Assembly (NCBI GenBank): GCA_017654855.1
Contig: CM030332.1
Span: 5,394,001 to 5,458,000 of the forward strand
Length of the DNA stretch: 64,000 nucleotides
DNA from: Podospora anserina
Lineage: Eukaryota
Direction: 5' to 3'
Below the pieces are notes generated by a model. That model was not told the origin of the DNA, ran no database searches, and was given only the letters and a program-made list of their open reading frames with translations. A program made the position numbers and the translations under genes. The stretch's first letter is position 1, and the number at the start of each line of letters is the position of its first letter. Shown here piece by piece: positions 51,617 through 63,637 of the stretch.

Positions 51617-52564
51617 TCAAACCCCTCTATCCAAAGCCTCTTCCACCCATCCTCCCAGTCCCCTCCTAACCTCTTCAACATATCCCTCCTCTCCCCCTTC
51701 CCACCCCTCCTCACTCCTCACCACAGCCTCCTCCAGCAACTCCGCCACCCTCCCCTCAGAAATCTTGTCAACCCCATCAACCCCAATCCTCTCGCTGAGC
51801 TCCCTCCCCCAAAAATCAGCCACCTCCTCCGTTCCCCTCAACCCCGGCCCTTCCCCGGCGGTGATGTGCGCAACAACCTCCCTCACACACGTCACCGTCT
51901 TCCCCTCAATCCCACAAGCCACAATCCTCCTCCACGGATTCTCCCTCTCGCTCAGCACCTCATCCGTCCCGGGCATGTCAACATTGATCGCGGTCCCCAA
52001 CCCGCTGACATGTCGCCTCAGGTGAACCCCCAACGCAGCAATCTTCCTTTCTTCTTCACCATCCCCCACTCTCGTCCACACCCCCGGGTCTTCAGTGGTG
52101 AAAGCCCTGATGCGAAACATCTTCTCCAGCGTGGCGATGGTGGTGTTTTCCAACAGTCGGGAGTAACACCTGACGGTAAAAGTCTTGTGGCGCTTGGAGT
52201 GGATGTCCAGTACCGGCCAGAGGACTACCTGTCCCGGGCCGTGGTAGGTCGTCAGCCCTCCTCTGGGGGAGTGGGAGGTTGTTACTGGGAGGGTTTGGTT
52301 CTGGTAGGATAGTGGCCGGGATAGCCGGGTGAGTTCCTGCGGAGATAAAGGGGAGGATTGGCGCCGGCCGAGGGTGTAGATCGGCAAGGGGGTGAAGGAT
52401 ATCAAGAAGGGTGGTGGTGGGGGGTTGGTGGAGGGGCTGTCTTTGAAGTTGAGGTGGTGGCGGCGGAGGAGGGATTGCAGTTTGCTGGCTAGGGAGTATG
52501 GTGGGAGGTTGGTCGGGGAGGGGGAGGGGAGGTGGATGTGTTCAAGTCTTAGCGGGGGAGGCAT
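51617..52564 (-). CDS. LIP2: Lipoyl(octanoyl) transferase LipB/Lip2
   Basis: PIYTLGRR, RGGLTTYHGPGQ, PGVW, RKIAALGVH, GTAINV, IVACGI. Confidence 0.92.
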   Translation of the reverse strand: MPPPLRLEHIHLPSPSPTNLPPYSLASKLQSLLRRHHLNFKDSPSTNPPPPPFLISFTPLPIYTLGRRQSSPLSPQELTRLSRPLSYQNQTLPVTTSHSPRGGLTTYHGPGQVVLWPVLDIHSKRHKTFTVRCYSRLLENTTIATLEKMFRIRAFTTEDPGVWTRVGDGEEERKIAALGVHLRRHVSGLGTAINVDMPGTDEVLSERENPWRRIVACGIEGKTVTCVREVVAHITAGEGPGLRGTEEVADFWGRELSERIGVDGVDKISEGRVAELLEEAVVRSEEGWEGGEEGYVEEVRRGLGGWVEEALDRGV

Positions 52565-53809
52565 TGTGAAGGAGGATGAGGCTGGTGATGTTGAAAATGG
52601 CGAGGCTGTCTCACGAGGCTGTCCTATGTGTGTAATTGACGATGGGTGATAGTTACGTAACCAACCACCGGTTCCGAGGAGTTGTTCACACTGCGTCTAG
52701 TGTTGTGGATGGATTCAAAACCCTGGCTTGGAGTCAGCCACAAAGGGCACAGACCGTCGTTTAGTGGGCGCCGAGGACGTTGAGAAAATCCGGCCAGCTG
52801 GGAAGGTGTGTGTGTCTCACTCTGCAAGCGACCCCAGGACGGAGAGTGCCGCTCGGCGGCAGGGTGTGTACCTAAGCGGTGGTACCGCGCAAATGCGTGG
52901 TCGCCGAACAGCAAGCAAGGCACACACACACAAGACAGTTCGTAGTCGTAACTAACAATCCTCTGTATGGTCACAATCGCACAGGTGTGAGCCGTTGATA
53001 CGGTACCTTCCGCGCCAGCCGTTAGGGTAGGTAGTTTCGGTTTCAGGGCTGGTTGGAATCGTTCTTTTGTTGCGCGAGGTGGAGACGGTGGGATTCGGAC
53101 GCTAATGTTCGGGCCTTGCGGGTTTTGCGGGGCCCCCCATGCCCTGGCTCTCGGGAATGAGGTGGAGCTTGCGCAGGAGGAGGAGGGGATGAGGAGGAGG
53201 AAAGGACCATAAAAAAAAATCCAAACCGAGAAGTCGGGGCCGAACCAGTTCGGCGTGAGGAAACCCCACCCCGCCCCGCTCCGGCAGGCATTCGTTAGTG
53301 CATTTCTTAGTGCGACGGCATAAGCCGACCAGTGTTGCGCTTTTGCAGTTTTGACAACTCTTGGCACACTTCTAAACCCCCCCCCCCTCACTCCTTCTCT
53401 AAGTACAATCAATATTTTACGAGATAGCGCATGCCTAAGAAAGAAGGTTCTTCGAAATGTGCCACGAAAACCGTCCTGCAAACTGCAGAGCTAATGCCAG
53501 CCCATCATCCGGGAACAGGTAAAAAGTCATTTCATCACGATCAACAGCCTTGCTTCAAAGCGGTGTGCAGTATCTGTATGTACAGTTGCACTTGGTGAGC
53601 GTTTGTCACAAGGGCAGAGTAGCATCGACTGATGCAGAGTGGTGGTTTGCAGTAGCCCGTCAACTAGTTTTCTGCGTTGTGTATGCAGCAACGGGAAGGG
53701 AGGAGAAAGCAGCTACAGCCTTGTCATGACATTTGCCGGGTCTCCCGGTAGTCAAAGAACTGTTCCATCCTACAGAGTACCTCATTCTGTTGTACAGGAT
53801 AATCGTGAA

Positions 53810-56599
53810 CTAGAGGTCCTTGCTCTTCAGGTACTCGGCATCTTCAATGTCATCCGGGTCAGGAAGCTCATTGGCACCCATCTCCTCCATCAGATTCTCA
53901 ATCCTTACCTTCCTGCCGTTCCTGGATCTCCTCTGCTCAGGAGTCTTGCCGCGGGGATGCTTCTCATAGGCACCAGTGACACCAAACTGCGGGTGCACAT
54001 TGATCTCCACCACCTTGTCCCGCTTCCTACCCGCCGCCTCCAGCGCCCGCCGGGAGCGCACGCCAGCATCCTTCACCACAACCGCGTCCTGCCCGGCCCT
54101 GCCAAGGCGAACGTTGCGAAGGGTGCGCGTCTTGGCGCCCAGAGCCCACAGGTCACCCCACTGAGCCTTGCGAGCGTCCCGGTACGCCTGCTTGGAGAAC
54201 GACTTGGACACCACCCACCGCTCAATCGTCGCCTGCGGTGTGCAGACATCGAGTGTAACATGGCCGTGGCGCTTCAGCGGTGGGAGGATGTTGCGGGGTA
54301 GCGAGAGCGGATGGGGCTTCTTGCTATCTTCCGCCTCGTAACCCTTGAAAGCGAGATCCGAAGCCTCCTTGCCCTGCACGTAGACGGGTGCGTTATCAGA
54401 GGTGATGGTGGTCAACGGGCCGGCATCGAATGACACGTCAGCAGCAGCAGAAGCAGCAGCAGCAGCAAAATCTGCCGACGGCGTATGCCCTTCTGGGTAA
54501 GCACCCCTGCGTACCGCGACATAGCTGAAGGCGATATCTTCATGGCTGCGCCGAGAGGCTCCAAGAATCTGCTGCAGGAAGGGAGGCCGGATGTAGCGCT
54601 GTTGGAAGTGGCAGAAATCCTTGCGGCCGGGACTGAAACCGGGCTGGTGGTACATGGGGCACTTTTGGTGATTGGTGCAAGGTGCGATGATCATGCCGGG
54701 CTCACGAACGTGCTGAGACGAGGTCCGGACTTCGTCAGCGTGAGGCTCCGAATGGGGTGCGAGGATAAAGTTGTCCAAGAGGCGGTCTCTAGCGTCGGCT
54801 ACCGCCTCGAAGCCTCGCGGGTGCCCCTTCTCCAGGAGAATGAGCACACCACCTTCCGGATTGAGCATCTTCCAGAGGTTGTCCAACATGTCCTTCCGCT
54901 TGTACTCCTTGTCCAGCGGCATCAGCAGGTGGGACGCAATGATGACATCGTACTGCTTCCGCGGCGCTGGCTTGTCACCGACGCCCATATCGTGCTCATT
55001 GGCTACATGCAGATAATCCGGCAGACGGGGCAAGAAGGTCGTATTGTGCAAGAAGCGGGACACGCGATGCCGAAGGTGGTCGTTGCCGACGACCGTTGTC
55101 TTCTTTCCAGGGGGGTACCGATCCGAAACCTCGCCGTTTTCACGAAGGATGTCCCATTCAGCTTGAAGCACCTGCTGCCAGGCTGCCAGGGCGGCACCAC
55201 CAGCGCCAACATCCAGCACTCGGGGGCCGCCATCTCGGGCGAGCAAGCCCCTTAGCCACTCAGGTCCCAGCCTTTTCCTGACCTCCACCAGAGTGCTCAT
55301 AGCCGTGGCGTATACGGCAGGCATAATGGTAGCGAGGAACGTATCAGCCTCAATCTCCGACATCCAGCCAACGCCGGCCTGCAACCCCAGCCCCTTTTGC
55401 GGAACGTTCACCTTTGACCGAGGTGATCCCGGACCGTGAGGGAAACCAGGGCCACCGAGATTCTCCTCCCCGCACTGCCTGATGTGTGTGGAATCCGTGC
55501 GCTTCAGGAGCGTGCTAATCGGCTCAACAAAGCTGGCCTTTGGCAGGTAGATGGTGCTCGGTGAAGTCTTGAACTTGCCCATCGAAGTGAACGGATGCTC
55601 CCTGGTGTCGCGAGACTCGTCCACCTCGAATTCCGTCCCGGGGTCGTACTCATCGTCCTCCTCAATCTCCTCCTCTTCCCTTGGATAGTCCCGCTCGGTG
55701 ATGCCTTCGTCCTCGCGGATTTCTTCGTGAATCTCATCCATTGGCTGAAGTGCGGCAGCTGCCTCAAAATCTCGTTGAAGCTTTATCAGAGCATGGTATT
55801 CGCGCGAGTTGTTGGCCGTGATATTGAGGTAGTCGATATGTGCATCACTGAGTACTGGCTGGTTCTGCTCAGCTTGTGCCTCGAGATCGGTAGCTTCCTC
55901 GGCCAGCTCCCCGGGGAATCCAGGCTCTGCAGTGTCTGCAGCCTCTACAGCACCCCCGGGTACCGCTGGGTTGGTCCTGTACTGGACCTGTTCGTAGTCT
56001 CCATGTTCCGTTTCCCTGAACAAGGCGTGCTCGGGCGTCGTTTCGTCAATGGCCTCTCCATGCTCGTCCCTGAGCGGAAGGCCAACATCCTCCGGTGCCG
56101 TCTCGCGCAGTGGCGGTCCGTATAATCTTTCGTATACCTTGTACTCTTCTCCTGAGAAGTAGTCCTTGGGTAACGTGTTTCCAAATGTTTGCCTCGCCTG
56201 GCGCACAAGAAGTTCGATCTCTTCTGCTGTTGCTTCCCCTGATCCTTCTACTGTTTGCGCCTCCTTCTCTGCTGACTGCGATTCGGTATCCTTTTCGGTC
56301 GGCGGCACCTCGTTGAACACCCGTTTGGTCGTCGAGAATGGTCTGACAGGGTTTGGTTGTCGAGATCTCGAACTGAGAGCTCTCGAAGCTGCTGTGACTG
56401 GCGTCGCGCGCGGGCGGACAAACGGGCGGGATGCAATATTGCGCGGCTGCAAGAGAGCATCGTAGAAGCCCAGAACCTGGGCCCGGCATCCGGGACACCT
56501 GTTATGGAGTTTGCTGGCCGAAAGCATGGTCGTCCGTTGTGCTGCTTGTGTGGATGTCAATACTAAGGTGTTTTGGGAGGTTCGAGGGGCAATCGTCAT
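53810..56599 (-). CDS. RSM22: Mitochondrial small-subunit ribosomal protein/methyltransferase-like Rsm22 (start may be ATG 56527)
   Basis: VLDVGAGG, LLEKGHPRGFEAVADAR, IIAPCTNHQKCPM, CHFQQR, PPLKRHGHVTLDVCT, YRDARKAQWGDLW. Confidence 0.92.
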   Translation of the reverse strand: MTIAPRTSQNTLVLTSTQAAQRTTMLSASKLHNRCPGCRAQVLGFYDALLQPRNIASRPFVRPRATPVTAASRALSSRSRQPNPVRPFSTTKRVFNEVPPTEKDTESQSAEKEAQTVEGSGEATAEEIELLVRQARQTFGNTLPKDYFSGEEYKVYERLYGPPLRETAPEDVGLPLRDEHGEAIDETTPEHALFRETEHGDYEQVQYRTNPAVPGGAVEAADTAEPGFPGELAEEATDLEAQAEQNQPVLSDAHIDYLNITANNSREYHALIKLQRDFEAAAALQPMDEIHEEIREDEGITERDYPREEEEIEEDDEYDPGTEFEVDESRDTREHPFTSMGKFKTSPSTIYLPKASFVEPISTLLKRTDSTHIRQCGEENLGGPGFPHGPGSPRSKVNVPQKGLGLQAGVGWMSEIEADTFLATIMPAVYATAMSTLVEVRKRLGPEWLRGLLARDGGPRVLDVGAGGAALAAWQQVLQAEWDILRENGEVSDRYPPGKKTTVVGNDHLRHRVSRFLHNTTFLPRLPDYLHVANEHDMGVGDKPAPRKQYDVIIASHLLMPLDKEYKRKDMLDNLWKMLNPEGGVLILLEKGHPRGFEAVADARDRLLDNFILAPHSEPHADEVRTSSQHVREPGMIIAPCTNHQKCPMYHQPGFSPGRKDFCHFQQRYIRPPFLQQILGASRRSHEDIAFSYVAVRRGAYPEGHTPSADFAAAAASAAADVSFDAGPLTTITSDNAPVYVQGKEASDLAFKGYEAEDSKKPHPLSLPRNILPPLKRHGHVTLDVCTPQATIERWVVSKSFSKQAYRDARKAQWGDLWALGAKTRTLRNVRLGRAGQDAVVVKDAGVRSRRALEAAGRKRDKVVEINVHPQFGVTGAYEKHPRGKTPEQRRSRNGRKVRIENLMEEMGANELPDPDDIEDAEYLKSKDL

Positions 56600-57001
56600 G
56601 GTGAATTTTCAGAGCTTTTGGAGGGGTCCAAGCTCGAGCGAGGGGCGAAAAGATCCCGAGCTTCAAAATCCTACCCCACCCCTGTAGCCTTGGGTATTCC
56701 AGCAAATTATTAGTGTCTTGAGATGACAGATGAACATTATCCTCGTGATGAGTAGAAATATCGTACTTCTTTGTAGGAGTTGACGGCCGGAATCTTTTCC
56801 CCCTTTACCACATTACCACAACAACACATTTCCATCTGCATCTGCATGTCCTTTTTTTTGGGTCAATACCTCTTTACATCATTGACAGGAATGCAGCACA
56901 TCACCAAGTCAATCAAATGAACATTACCAATATGTACAGCTCGCTTGCTCTAAACGCCAAATCCCTGATCTGTTACCATTTCCTTGCAAAAAAAAAAAAC
57001 A

Positions 57002-57795
57002 TCACTCACTCCCCAAATCATTCAACGTCTTGAACGTAGCCCGTCCAGCCGGCCTCCCACCAGGCCCAGTCGCCGGCTTGGCCGCTGGCGGCGGGTTCTT
57101 CTTGTTAAACCGGGACGCTTCTGCCGACTTGTAGGGGTCAAGCTGCTCATCGTTAGCAATCACCCAACCTACAACCCTAGATATCCTGCTCAGACTCACC
57201 GAAAGCAACGAAACAAAATACAAGCCCAAAAAGCTCAGCACGGCATTAACCCACTGACTAATATCCCACGAAATCGGCCTCGCAACCCTCTGCCCCGAAC
57301 CGACTCTCTGCCCCCCAACCGGCGTCCCACCCAATCTCTGACCGCCACTGCTGAACGACGACCCCCCTACCGCCCCAGGTCCAGCAAGCTTGATCGCCGC
57401 CTCAACAGCCGACGTAAGAGCAGGTGGGTTGGCGCCTTGAATAGTCTTGATGACGGAGCCATTGTGCAAGATCAGGAAGGTGGGCATGGCGCGCACGCCG
57501 TATTGCTGGGCGACCTCGCCTTGGTTGTCGACGTTGACTTTGACGAACGCGATCTTGCGGGGCTTGGCGTACTTGTTGGCGAGAGACTCGAAATGGGGGG
57601 CTATCATCTTGCACGGACCGCACCAATCGGCGTAGACTATACAGTGCGAAGATGTCAGATCATGGTGATGGTGGTGGTGATGATGATTATGATGCGCGGC
57701 GCAATGGTGGAGGGGCACTTACAATCAGCGACAACCACGGCATTGCTGCTGACGGTGGAGCGCCAGTCGGCGGCGGATGTGATTTGATCAGGCAT
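57002..57795 (-). CDS. Thioredoxin-domain protein with C-terminal hydrophobic helix and Gly/Pro/Arg tail, two introns
   Basis: Spliced VVVADFYADWCGPCKMIAP, FVKVNVD, VRAMPTF; then WVNAVLSFLGLYFVSLLSLDPY. Confidence 0.9.
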
Positions 57796-58183
57796 TTGGT
57801 TGTGATGAATAGCAATCAAGAGTCTCTGTATGATATCAAAAAGAACTCTTCGTTTAGGCTTGGATGAAGTTGTATGATTTACGCGTGGAAGTTGTTGGGA
57901 TAAGGTAGGCAGTCAGCAGCATCGCGACACTGACGACATGCGATAAGGATTGCGACGGGAAAGCTGTCCTTATCGGCACTTGCCAGGAGGCAGGGTTAGG
58001 GTTGACCCGACAATTTGGGTGGCATCCCAAGTGGGATTGAGAAGGCGGTCAAGTTTTTGGAAGCTTTCTGCCGTTAGCTCTCGGGGGGTGTCTGAAAACT
58101 TCTTGTAAGCTGCAACTTTGACCATCATCAGCCATTTTCACCATAATTTTGCTCCAGTATCTAGTTTTTGATCTTGTGAAGCA

Positions 58184-59441
58184 ATGTCGAGCTGGGAACC
58201 ACAATCCAAAGTACGTCGAGTCCATTTTGCGAATTTCCCTTCATGGGAGACGAAGCTTTTTCTCTAGAGTCGCATACTGGGCGCAATACATCTCACTGTA
58301 CATTGTAACTGGACACGCAACTAACAACGCACAGAAACGCCGGTTGGACACTGACTCCGGTATTGGAAATGGCATCCTCAACACCAAAGAGCGTTTCAAG
58401 CCTACAAGCGCTAGAGACTGGACCATCTCGATTGCCGTACCTACCAGCATAATCACCAGGCATGTCTCACCTTTACTCTTCAAACCCTGCTCATGAGACT
58501 GACAATCCCGATAGCTGCGTAACAAGAGAGCAAAGGACAACTGCTGCGGGCTCTATCGCCAGAGCGCTTGCCATTTTCTCGGTGGACGAGGTCGTCATCT
58601 TCGACGATAGCCCGATTGAACAACGCCCCAGGAACTTTGATCCAGATGCGTACACCGGCGACATAGAACCAGCACACTTTCTGGAGCATCTGCTGAACTA
58701 TCTGGAAACCCCACCATTCATGCGCAAAGTTCTGTTCCCCATCCACCCCAACCTCAAATCTCAGGGCCTGCTGCACGGTCTGGACATGCCACACCACCCC
58801 CACAAGGATGAGTGGCTGCCGTATCGCGAGGGTCTGACTCTCGAAGCTCCTCCACGGTCAGGCAAGGGGTAGGTTTTCACACACCTCAAATTTGCACTTG
58901 ACTATCACTAACAACACCCAGCACCGCCGTCGACATTGGCATGCCCGAAACAGTCACCATTTCCGAAGACATCCCTCCCAAGACCCGCGTAACCCTCAAA
59001 ATGCCCGACGACGCCCAAGGCAAGCCCGAGCCCGTCAACCCAGCCGAACCCAGAACCGAAGGCGGCTACTTTTGGGGCTACAGCGTGCGCAAAGCCAAGT
59101 CCCTCTCCGACGTATTCACCTCCTCGGCCTACGAGGACGGTTACGACCTCTCCATCGGCACCTCGGAGCGTGGCGTTCCGCTTTCAAAGGCTTTCCCTAA
59201 CCACAACCAAACTGCTACTTTCAACCACATGCTCATCGTGTTTGGAGGGCCAAGAGGATTGGAGTTTGCGGCGATGAACGATCCTGATCTGGGGCAGATG
59301 GGGATTCAGGGGGCGAGGACGAAGGAGCTGTTTGATCACTGGGTGAACGTGCTGCCGAATCAGGGGACGAGGGGGATCAGGACGGACGAGAGCTTGTTGA
59401 TAGCTTTGACTGCGTTGAGGAGGTTGTGGGATAATAGCTGA
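58184..59441 (+). CDS. SPOUT-family RNA methyltransferase (SPOUT1/C9orf114, Ygr283c/Ymr310c-like), three introns
   Basis: WTISIAVPTSII, IARALAIFSVDEVVIFDD, YLETPPFMRK, LDMPHH, YREG, YFWGYSVR, IGTSERG, PNQGTRGIRTDE. Confidence 0.9.
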
Positions 59442-61775
59442 GGGGGTTTGATGGGGAGGAATTTGCTTTTTTTTTAGCGGGTTTAGAATAATGATTTATT
59501 TCTGGTGTATATCTGGTCTGGGATTGCTGAGATACCTATCCCAGTTCTCTTGTTCTTGTGAGTTATATTCTCAAAGCATATCTACAAGCCAAAGCTCCTA
59601 TGGTGCCATTGATGGTTTTCGGGTTTAGCTGAAGAAGTGGCGCAAGACACAGCCTTGGCTTACCCTCTATCTCATCCCCAAGGCTTCGGACGAACTCAAC
59701 CTTTTTTACTCCATCTTACATCTTGGTTTCTTCTTTGTCGGGCTACACAAAATGCCAGCTTGACATTTTACCCCTAACAGAGTAAGCCAGCAACCATCAC
59801 TCCCAACTTTCTGATCCAGTTAACGGAACGCACCCATAGAACCACACCCCCTTCTTCTTCTTCTTCTCGAAGGATACGACTAGTAGCACAGCCAACCCCG
59901 CAAACCTGCCCTTCTTTGGCCAAAGTTGGTAAGGAAGAAACTTGAGATGCAGTCATCCTGCAGGGTTTGGGTTGGGACCATGTTATGATAGATCGAGTAA
60001 GGTCGGGGGCTCGGCAGGCTCGGCAAGGGAGACCACCGCGCCCCCCCCCATCTTCTACAGATTTGTTGATGTCTCATTTATCTTGTACTACTGCGAGACA
60101 CAGGTTGTATAATAGAGAGTTTCTTATCCCTTTTCTGAATAAGAACATGAGAAAGCAAAGGAGGTGGGTAGGGGATCTCCTTTGGGGTTTGCAATTCCTT
60201 TCTAGGGTCGGCGCGAAGGTAACAGAGATATGTTGAAAGTTGTGACCTATCTTTGGAATCTCCGCTTGGAGATCTAGCAGCTGTTGGAGGCGATACAGAG
60301 GTGCTAGTGGGTGTGGTTGTTGGTTTGAGGGGAGGAGGACATGTGAGGTGAGCGGGCAACTTTCTGGTACCGGGCTACCGCTAAGGGGTTGGATGGGATC
60401 AATAGTTTCGTTTTTTTGTGTTTGTTGATTGGTTTTTGGACCCTGAAGAACCTTGCGTATTGCTTTAGAACGCTTGATTTGTCAAGTGGTATTAGCCTGT
60501 CGATACCAAGCAGTTCATATTGTACTGGTGGGCTCGAAGTTGGATAAAGACTAGAGACCCTGTCCTCTCACGAGGAGGACAACAACTAACTCCGTAATTC
60601 CGGGCTAGAGACATGTCGTGGTACAGTCTGGAAGAACGAGCAGGATCTGACAGATTTACAGTTGACCAAGGCTGGAAGAAGATCTTCAGGATACAGATGG
60701 CAGGTAATGTTGTCAGCCGAGTTCACCAATGACTACTGCAGTTGGGCAGTAATAAGCCGCTGGTGTTCGACGCATGCTAATCCTACCAAGAGGTCAAAGC
60801 GGGAGTCTACTGGGTTGACATAAGGGTTGGCATTTCATGATTTAGGTAATTGGTGAGAGTCGCTTAGAAGTTTTCCGAGTCCACCAACGAGGAGATGAAA
60901 AATGACTTTTCTCTGACAGATCTTCAGGGACTTGATGTAGCTCCTCCTCGACAACCACCTCAACCGAAACCGAGGCAAAGAAATACAAAAGGTTTGACAG
61001 CCCCAACACATCGGTAGCGAGCCTTGGGCTTGTTGAACCGAATCCGGGGTAGACACATGTGGGCTGTCATCAAGGCCAACTCAAGCCACGGCGTCATGTC
61101 GTAACACCCTTACATTACCGAGCAACCTGTCCTCCGCCGGCCAGCCTCCGTGTTATTCACAACGGCCATTCCCACACACGCATCCCTCGGGATGCGAGGC
61201 GGGGGCAGTAGCGGTGAGCTGCTTTCCCAACAGAGAAAAGCCTTCGGAGGTTTTGTTGGTGATATTATGCAACACGTCGGCAGATGAGCACATCTAAAGA
61301 TGCAGCTTAGGGGCTCAGTAACAAAGATCAGTCGGGTCATCCAGAGCCATGGCTGTGGGTACGGTACCACTCCCGACGTTCCGATTTCTTCGAGAGCGGC
61401 ACACACGATATCGCCAATCTCATCCCGTCATGTTGGGCTGTCTCGGTTATCTCATCCGTCGCAAGAGGTGTGGCTGATTATAGAGAATAATAAGTGCCTT
61501 TGACGGCCAGCTCTAGCGGTCCAGAGATGAACATGATTGCCACTGTGTGTTTGTGTGTGTAGCCAGGTTGTCCCGCCAAAAAAGGGGGTCAAAACAAATC
61601 CCACCCACCACCCCAAAGCTAACTCGGGCTCCGAATGCTTATCTACCGGGATGCGCACCTAAACACCCACAACCAACCAAATTTCGCCACCCAACACCTC
61701 CTATCTCAAGTCTATCAAAACAAAATACCATCAACTTCAACAGCAGCAAAACATGCATCTCGAAAAAGCCCAAAA

Positions 61776-61894
61776 ACATACAACACCGAGGATTCCCCAG
61801 TGGTCACCCACCTGAGTACTAGTTCGGCACTCGACTGCTTATCTAGGGGAGAGCGGACGGGATCCCGAGCTTTCAGTTGGTTATGGTCGTATGT
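61776..61894 (-). rRNA. 5S rRNA (dispersed copy, variant 3)
   Basis: Reverse complement is a 119-nt 5S with T-run terminator; TATAAG at -29 (61923-61918). Confidence 0.96.
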
Positions 61895-62685
61895 GAAAGT
61901 CATGGTTAGACTGTCGGCTTATAAAAGGACAAGCCATGCAGTGCTATCTTGAGGTGGGTGTTGTTTTGCTGTGTCAGGAGGCAAGTGGGTTGTTCTTGCG
62001 GGACAGGAGAGATTTGTGGAAAGAGGATAGGCAGCATAAACAGATGGCTTGAGAAAGCCGCAATAAGAGGGTGAACGCCAGGTAATGTCATGTCATGTCT
62101 TTTGCCTTCCATGCCTCACGGTCCGTCGCCGTGAGGAAGGTGCTAGCCATGGTGATTTTTACCACTGTGGGAGGGAACACGTCATTTCAAGAAAGGGGAA
62201 GTCAAGTAACAGGATGCGGTGCAAGTTTGGCCCTCTAATTTGCTGTGGTCTCCGCTTCATCTTTGAATTGCAACTCGAGAATGATGGTGGCCAGTGGGCA
62301 TCATACATACCTAGAGCTGGCAGTGTAGTGAAGGTCAGCGTGAAAATGCCTACCGCAACTCCCACTTAATAAAGGGTGGCAGCTGCAAAACCGGGTCGAT
62401 TGACTCGGTCGATGTTCTTGAAGCATATCGTCGAGCTCCTTCCTTTGCTCCCCCTGGGCTGTGAGGTATTGACCCTTCCTGTATCATGCCATCACCCCAC
62501 TCCACGGACGCAAAGACAACCAGCTTCAGACCCCTTTGAACTCTTCCTCGTTCAACTCCCGCTCCGCCACATGCCCATCCTTCTCGAGCTCGATAGCAGG
62601 GGCAAATATCGACACACAACACATCACGCTTAGCGACCGGTTTATCCACGACAACTGTTTACTGTATAGCTGTATTCCTTCCACC

Positions 62686-63637
62686 ATGGCTCAATGTGTT
62701 TGCAGAGGAGAGGATAGGCGGCCAGGGCCAAACGGGAGATGCGTAGGTTGCAGTGTAAGTGCCCAATACAATGACTCGACTTTGAGGCCGTCGGAGGTCA
62801 ACACTGACATGTTCTTGCTGGGATTTAGGAACGAATAAATCCGGCCACACGACCGGCATGGAGCCCGTTACCGCCAGTCCCGCAGCAGCAGCCGTTACCT
62901 CCACCAGATCCGCTACAGTGGCCGTTCCTACATCTGCAGCCGTTGGCACCGGACCCGCTACAGTGGCAGCTCCTCCAGCAGCAGCTGGTACCGCAAGTCC
63001 CGCTACAGAGGCAGCTCCTACAGCAGCAGCCATTACCGCCGGACCCGCCACAAGACAAAATAGCCAAGGCCATGGGAAAAGCCAAGGCCTACGAGAAAGC
63101 TGTGGCTGACAAGATCTGCCCATGTTCGCTCCCAGAGATCGAGTGCAAGGTCAAACTACCGCTCCGTTGCACAGGAGTGATAGTCGCACAAGGCCGCACA
63201 AACCAGGTGTGTAGCTATAGGCCATGCATCGATGCAGTATGCTTTCACTCCTTATCAGCGGAAAAACCACGAAGTGACTAATTAGTTTGGTGTAGTGCTG
63301 CCGGCGACGACCGCGGAAACCTAAATTGGCAAGTGCAGAAAAACCTCGTGTACTACATCCTTGCCATTGTTTGGAGGTGATCAAACGTGGTGAGAAATGC
63401 TATGCCGAAGGGAGGTGTGAGCAGACATCCGACCGTAGTGGCTGGTGTTGTTCGGCGTGTGGGCCCAAGAAACCTGGGAGAAATAGCGCGGTAAGATGGG
63501 TTTCATGCATCTCGAGGTGCTTTTTGCATATCTACACACATTTTAACTTCTGAATATAGGACTGTGCTGCCAAAAGGTCGTCTAAAAAGTTGAGCGATCG
63601 TAGACAGATCTGGAGACCAGAAGGATCCGAACAATGA
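62686..63637 (+). CDS. Hypothetical Cys-rich, Pro/Gln-repeat protein, ~239 aa; exons 62686-62754, 62829-63206, 63296-63490, 63560-63637
   Basis: CCACCATGG start context; three phase-0 GT-AG introns with plausible branch sites join four exons in frame to TGA 63635-63637. Confidence 0.65.

Noticed and set aside
57002..57004. TGA as selenocysteine in a SelK-like tail
   Set aside because: Filamentous ascomycetes lack Sec machinery; no SECIS-like hairpin seen; a T run follows the stop
57640..57722. Poly-His N-terminus on the thioredoxin ORF
   Set aside because: Lies within intron 1 (GTAAGT...CTGAC...TAG); splicing restores VVADFYADWCGPC
59774..60359. Possible minus-strand pseudogene fragments
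   Set aside because: Stops in all frames and no recognisable domain; cannot be supported without blastx
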